Shown here: positions 60,716-64,000 of the stretch, piece after piece
Layout: each line of letters begins with the position of its first letter
Numbering within the stretch: position 1 is the stretch's first letter
Assembly: GCF_032191835.1 (NCBI RefSeq)
Contig: NC_083232.1
Span: 56,916,001-56,980,000 of the forward strand
Reading direction: 5' to 3'
Origin: Heteronotia binoei
Lineage: Eukaryota
Length of the DNA stretch: 64,000 nucleotides
Translations under genes and position numbers: made by a program
Notes under the pieces: model-generated
Database searches by the model: none
Seen by the model: the letters and a program-made list of their open reading frames with translations, nothing else
What the model was told of the DNA's origin: nothing

Positions 60716-63700
60716 TTCTCAATACATATTTTAAGCAGTTAAGCTGCATGAACACACACAGAATATGCCCTAGCATATATGTCTGGCTATGGCTACTTTA
60801 GACACAGGCAGGTGTATGTGTTTAGCTTGTTTTGTCCACTGTTTTTGCTCTTGAAAAGTTCCACCTCCAAGTATTAAACCCCGACTAGCACTACAGTATC
60901 ACAGTCTTTTCATCGTTCACTGAAGCTTTGAAAATTACAGAAGGTAAATGGCATTTTGCTGTCTTAACCCCCCCCCCCCCACTTCCAAATGACACACAAT
61001 TGATTTTGCTATCAATTATTCTGGTTGAACAGTAGAAAGGGTCAATGGAACTCAGTTTCAAAATCCAAACAAAGCAACTTAGATCATCCATTAATTAGCA
61101 GAGGTCATCATGAAATCAACAGAAAGTTATGCAAAAGCACAACGCTTTGCATTTTTCTGCTGTCCACAAAATGCTGTCATGCATCATTCCATCACCTGAA
61201 ATGGCCTCCTTGCAGGTAGATGTGGGCAATAAAAAGAACAAGAACATTTGGAACAGGTGAACACTAAATCTGGCCATCCACTTCCAAAGATCTCAGAGCA
61301 CACAGTTTACATTGCTCTGGGAAGATGTGCTTTGAAGTACAGCTGGAAAACTGAAAGCCATGTCCTCTTCCTGAGAGTGTATGTCCTTATCATGCAATTT
61401 TAGCTAGGAAATAATTGCTGTGCAGGTTTTGAGAAGCAAAGTTTTAAGCTCCTTCATTTCTCTTGGACTTCCCCAACAGTTTTAGAAGCTGAGTTTCCTT
61501 AAAACTTTACTTTGTTTATTATGTGATTAATCTGGTTCAGTTTATAAAAGGCAGGCACACAAACCAGCATTTACTGAGAGTAAGTGATCATATGATCATG
61601 GAAACAATAGGTCCCTCATTTTGAATCCCATGAAAATAGAATATACCTAAATGTAATAAAACAGTGAATAAAACCTCAAAAGCTCCCAATAACACTAAAT
61701 TTCCTTTATTTCCACAATTATACCATTTAAATATATTGCATCCTCTGAAAGAACTGTGTCTACCTAAGCAATCAGATTTTCTAAGTAGTCCTATTATTAA
61801 TGTGTCAGTGACACAATAAGTTCCTAACCTTTAAATAAATTCTAAATATTGAAGGTAGCCAAAATTTATCTCAAGTGCTTACAGTATAGTATTTGAGAGT
61901 TTTAGCTTGGTCCATCTCCTGTTAACTAATGCAAGTGGATATTTATGGGAATAAATTGATTTCAATCAAGTTATTCAGTGGCTGGGAGTGTAGAGGAAAT
62001 TTTTATAAAATAAACATCTTATGTTTTTTTAACTGACTTGACAGGCTGTTTGTCAAATACACTAACACAGTTTTTCAATTGATTCACGTCATACTTCACA
62101 CAGCAGTACAATACCCTTACCAAAGAATTCCAGGAGTCAGTTTGCTCTCTAGGAGATCATTTTTCTAAAAGTGTGGTTTTCTCACCTTTCCCACCAGCCC
62201 AGGTAATCTCCCACCATGTAACCCCCTGGTATTTATATTGACCAAGGCCTGAAATTCTGTGTGGTACTGTGTGGAACCAGTACTGTAGAACACCCTGTGT
62301 TGCTTTAAAAAGAGAGAAAAAGGAAAGAAAAAGGAAGAAAGCAACTGGTTTTCAAAGTTGTCCAGTAGTTCTAATTAGAGCAGTAGACCACCTGCAAAGA
62401 CAGGAAGTGAAGAGTTCCTGAGGATTTTTTCCTCCCTTTGACAGCCCCTTCCCACACCATAATTGCTGAACTGTTCTCAGAGACAACATGAAGGAAGGGC
62501 CTTGAACAGTGCTGTGTCTGGTCAGTCCATGATCATAACAACTTACTTAATAGGTGTACTTGTGACTTGTGCCATAGATTAGAATGTACGCAGACCTAGG
62601 CATTTTTCACTGCCCTGATGAACTCTGCTGATGACTGCCTTGTGAAACAGATGCTGGGTGACCACCCTTCTTTTACTTCCATCTTTAGTTTCGGTGGAGA
62701 CAAAGTTGAAGTGAAAACACAAGGTGGCGCCCTTGATCTACTAATCCAGGAGAAGGCCATTCATGAGCTGTCAAAGTCAAGGTCACAAATTCTGTTTTTT
62801 TTATAAATCAAGGTCAAGGTTTAAGGCCTTCCTAGTCCTGTCATTTCAACAAATACCAACCCTTTCCGCCAACTCTTAACCAGTCCTGCCAATAAACCTT
62901 AAATGCGGCGCTCATTCTACATTTGTGGCCTAACAACTGTTTCTCATTTTCCTAGAGGAGCTCCGGCCCTACTTTTATATCTTCTTTTCCCTGCTCAAAA
63001 TACCTGACTCTTTAACCTTACTGAAACATTTATAGTTCAGCAAAGCTAGTTATCATGCGTTCATTCCCTATGCACTATAATTTATGGGCAAAATATGGGC
63101 TATATCAGTAATTTAAGAGAAGAACTTATTAGGAATACAAGAGAAGTACATTCTTCATGAGGTGCATGTAAATATAGAGGGAGAATAAAGGAGGGTTTAA
63201 TCAGGTTTTATTACAGTGACTATTTTATTAACAGTATTAACACTAATATCTATCTACAGCTCTTAGATTTTCATTTTCAGTAAAAATATAAAAAAGGGTG
63301 CACAAATACATTTTCACAGTGTGCTGATTTTTAAAAATTATTTACAAGATAGTATCTTCTAGTGAACAGGATAAAATGTGCTGGTTGAAATAACTGATTG
63401 TTTCAAAAAAAGTGCTGTAAAATGTATTCCTACACTTTCTAATGCGATCTCATAGGAAATAAAGAAGAAGGAAAAACCCACTAATTATTCATAAATCAAA
63501 ATATAGCATTAAAATCAAAATATCTCAGGGAAACAAAATGTTTTCCCCCATTATGGGTTACTTTGAGATTGTTCCCCCCGCCCCAGAAAACGGTCTTCCC
63601 CCACATCACAATGATAACCTGCATGTGGCTGTTTGCATCCAAGCAAATACGCCAGTTTCTTCGGTTTACACTGTTTGAACATTGATGAATGCTGTGGATG

Positions 63701-64000
63701 CGTAAACACTGCAGCATCCCTGTACAGGAACAGTAGACCGCTTAGCAGAATATCAAGAAATCATCTGCTGAAAAATGATCTAGGGTCATTCCATTTTCAT
63801 CCCAATAAATCTATGCTGCCTTTTGTTGCCTCTCAATATTAGTTCTCCAGAGAGTTCCCTTCATTATTAATCTTTTTGGAATCTTCATTCAGTACCTTTC
63901 ATTTAAAAAAGAAAACACAGAATGCATTGCTTAAACATACAGTAATTGTACATTTTGCACAAGTTTTACCTGAGCAACCAGTCAGCATGCTTCTATGTGT

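Noticed and set aside
61220-61300. Possible second retroposon end (aagaacaagaacatttgg...)
   Set aside because: Resemblance too short and degenerate to call without a repeat library.

Overview
This window is the middle and posterior part of a vertebrate HoxA cluster, all on the minus strand. Left to right it holds HOXA5 exon 1 (exon 2 lies left of the window), complete two-exon HOXA6, HOXA7 and HOXA9, the HoxA-linked miR-196 hairpin, and complete HOXA10 and HOXA11. All exons were placed by GT/AG junctions, are phase 1 and close in frame. HOXA13 is not reached in the 16 kb after the HOXA11 start. The host is a non-mammalian amniote, probably a squamate (inference). The evidence is a miR-196a-type mature sequence at the HoxA locus, no His tract in HOXA9, many lineage-specific homopolymer expansions, and a degenerate retroposon in a CpG-poor segment on the HOXA13 side of HOXA11. 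Known HoxA features visible here include the 173-nt HOXA9T internal intron, a miR-196 site cluster in the HOXA7 3'UTR, miR-135 and miR-181 sites, and the conserved distal promoter between A6 and A7. I cannot demonstrate a new biological system. The best leads are (1) a stop/start-coupled uORF relay (TAATG, then ATGA) feeding HOXA7, with uORFs in every readable leader, (2) an open phase-1 exon at the A6-A7 distal promoter that could splice onto a homeobox exon, (3) an orphan Hox-like leader in a CpG island where HoxA12 would sit, and (4) unusual coding changes (HOXA6 homeodomain Tyr22/Ser60, HOXA10 Gly22 plus a His/Gln insert, extra HOXA11 Ala tracts and an upstream in-frame ATG). Comparisons to human sequences are from memory and need alignment.
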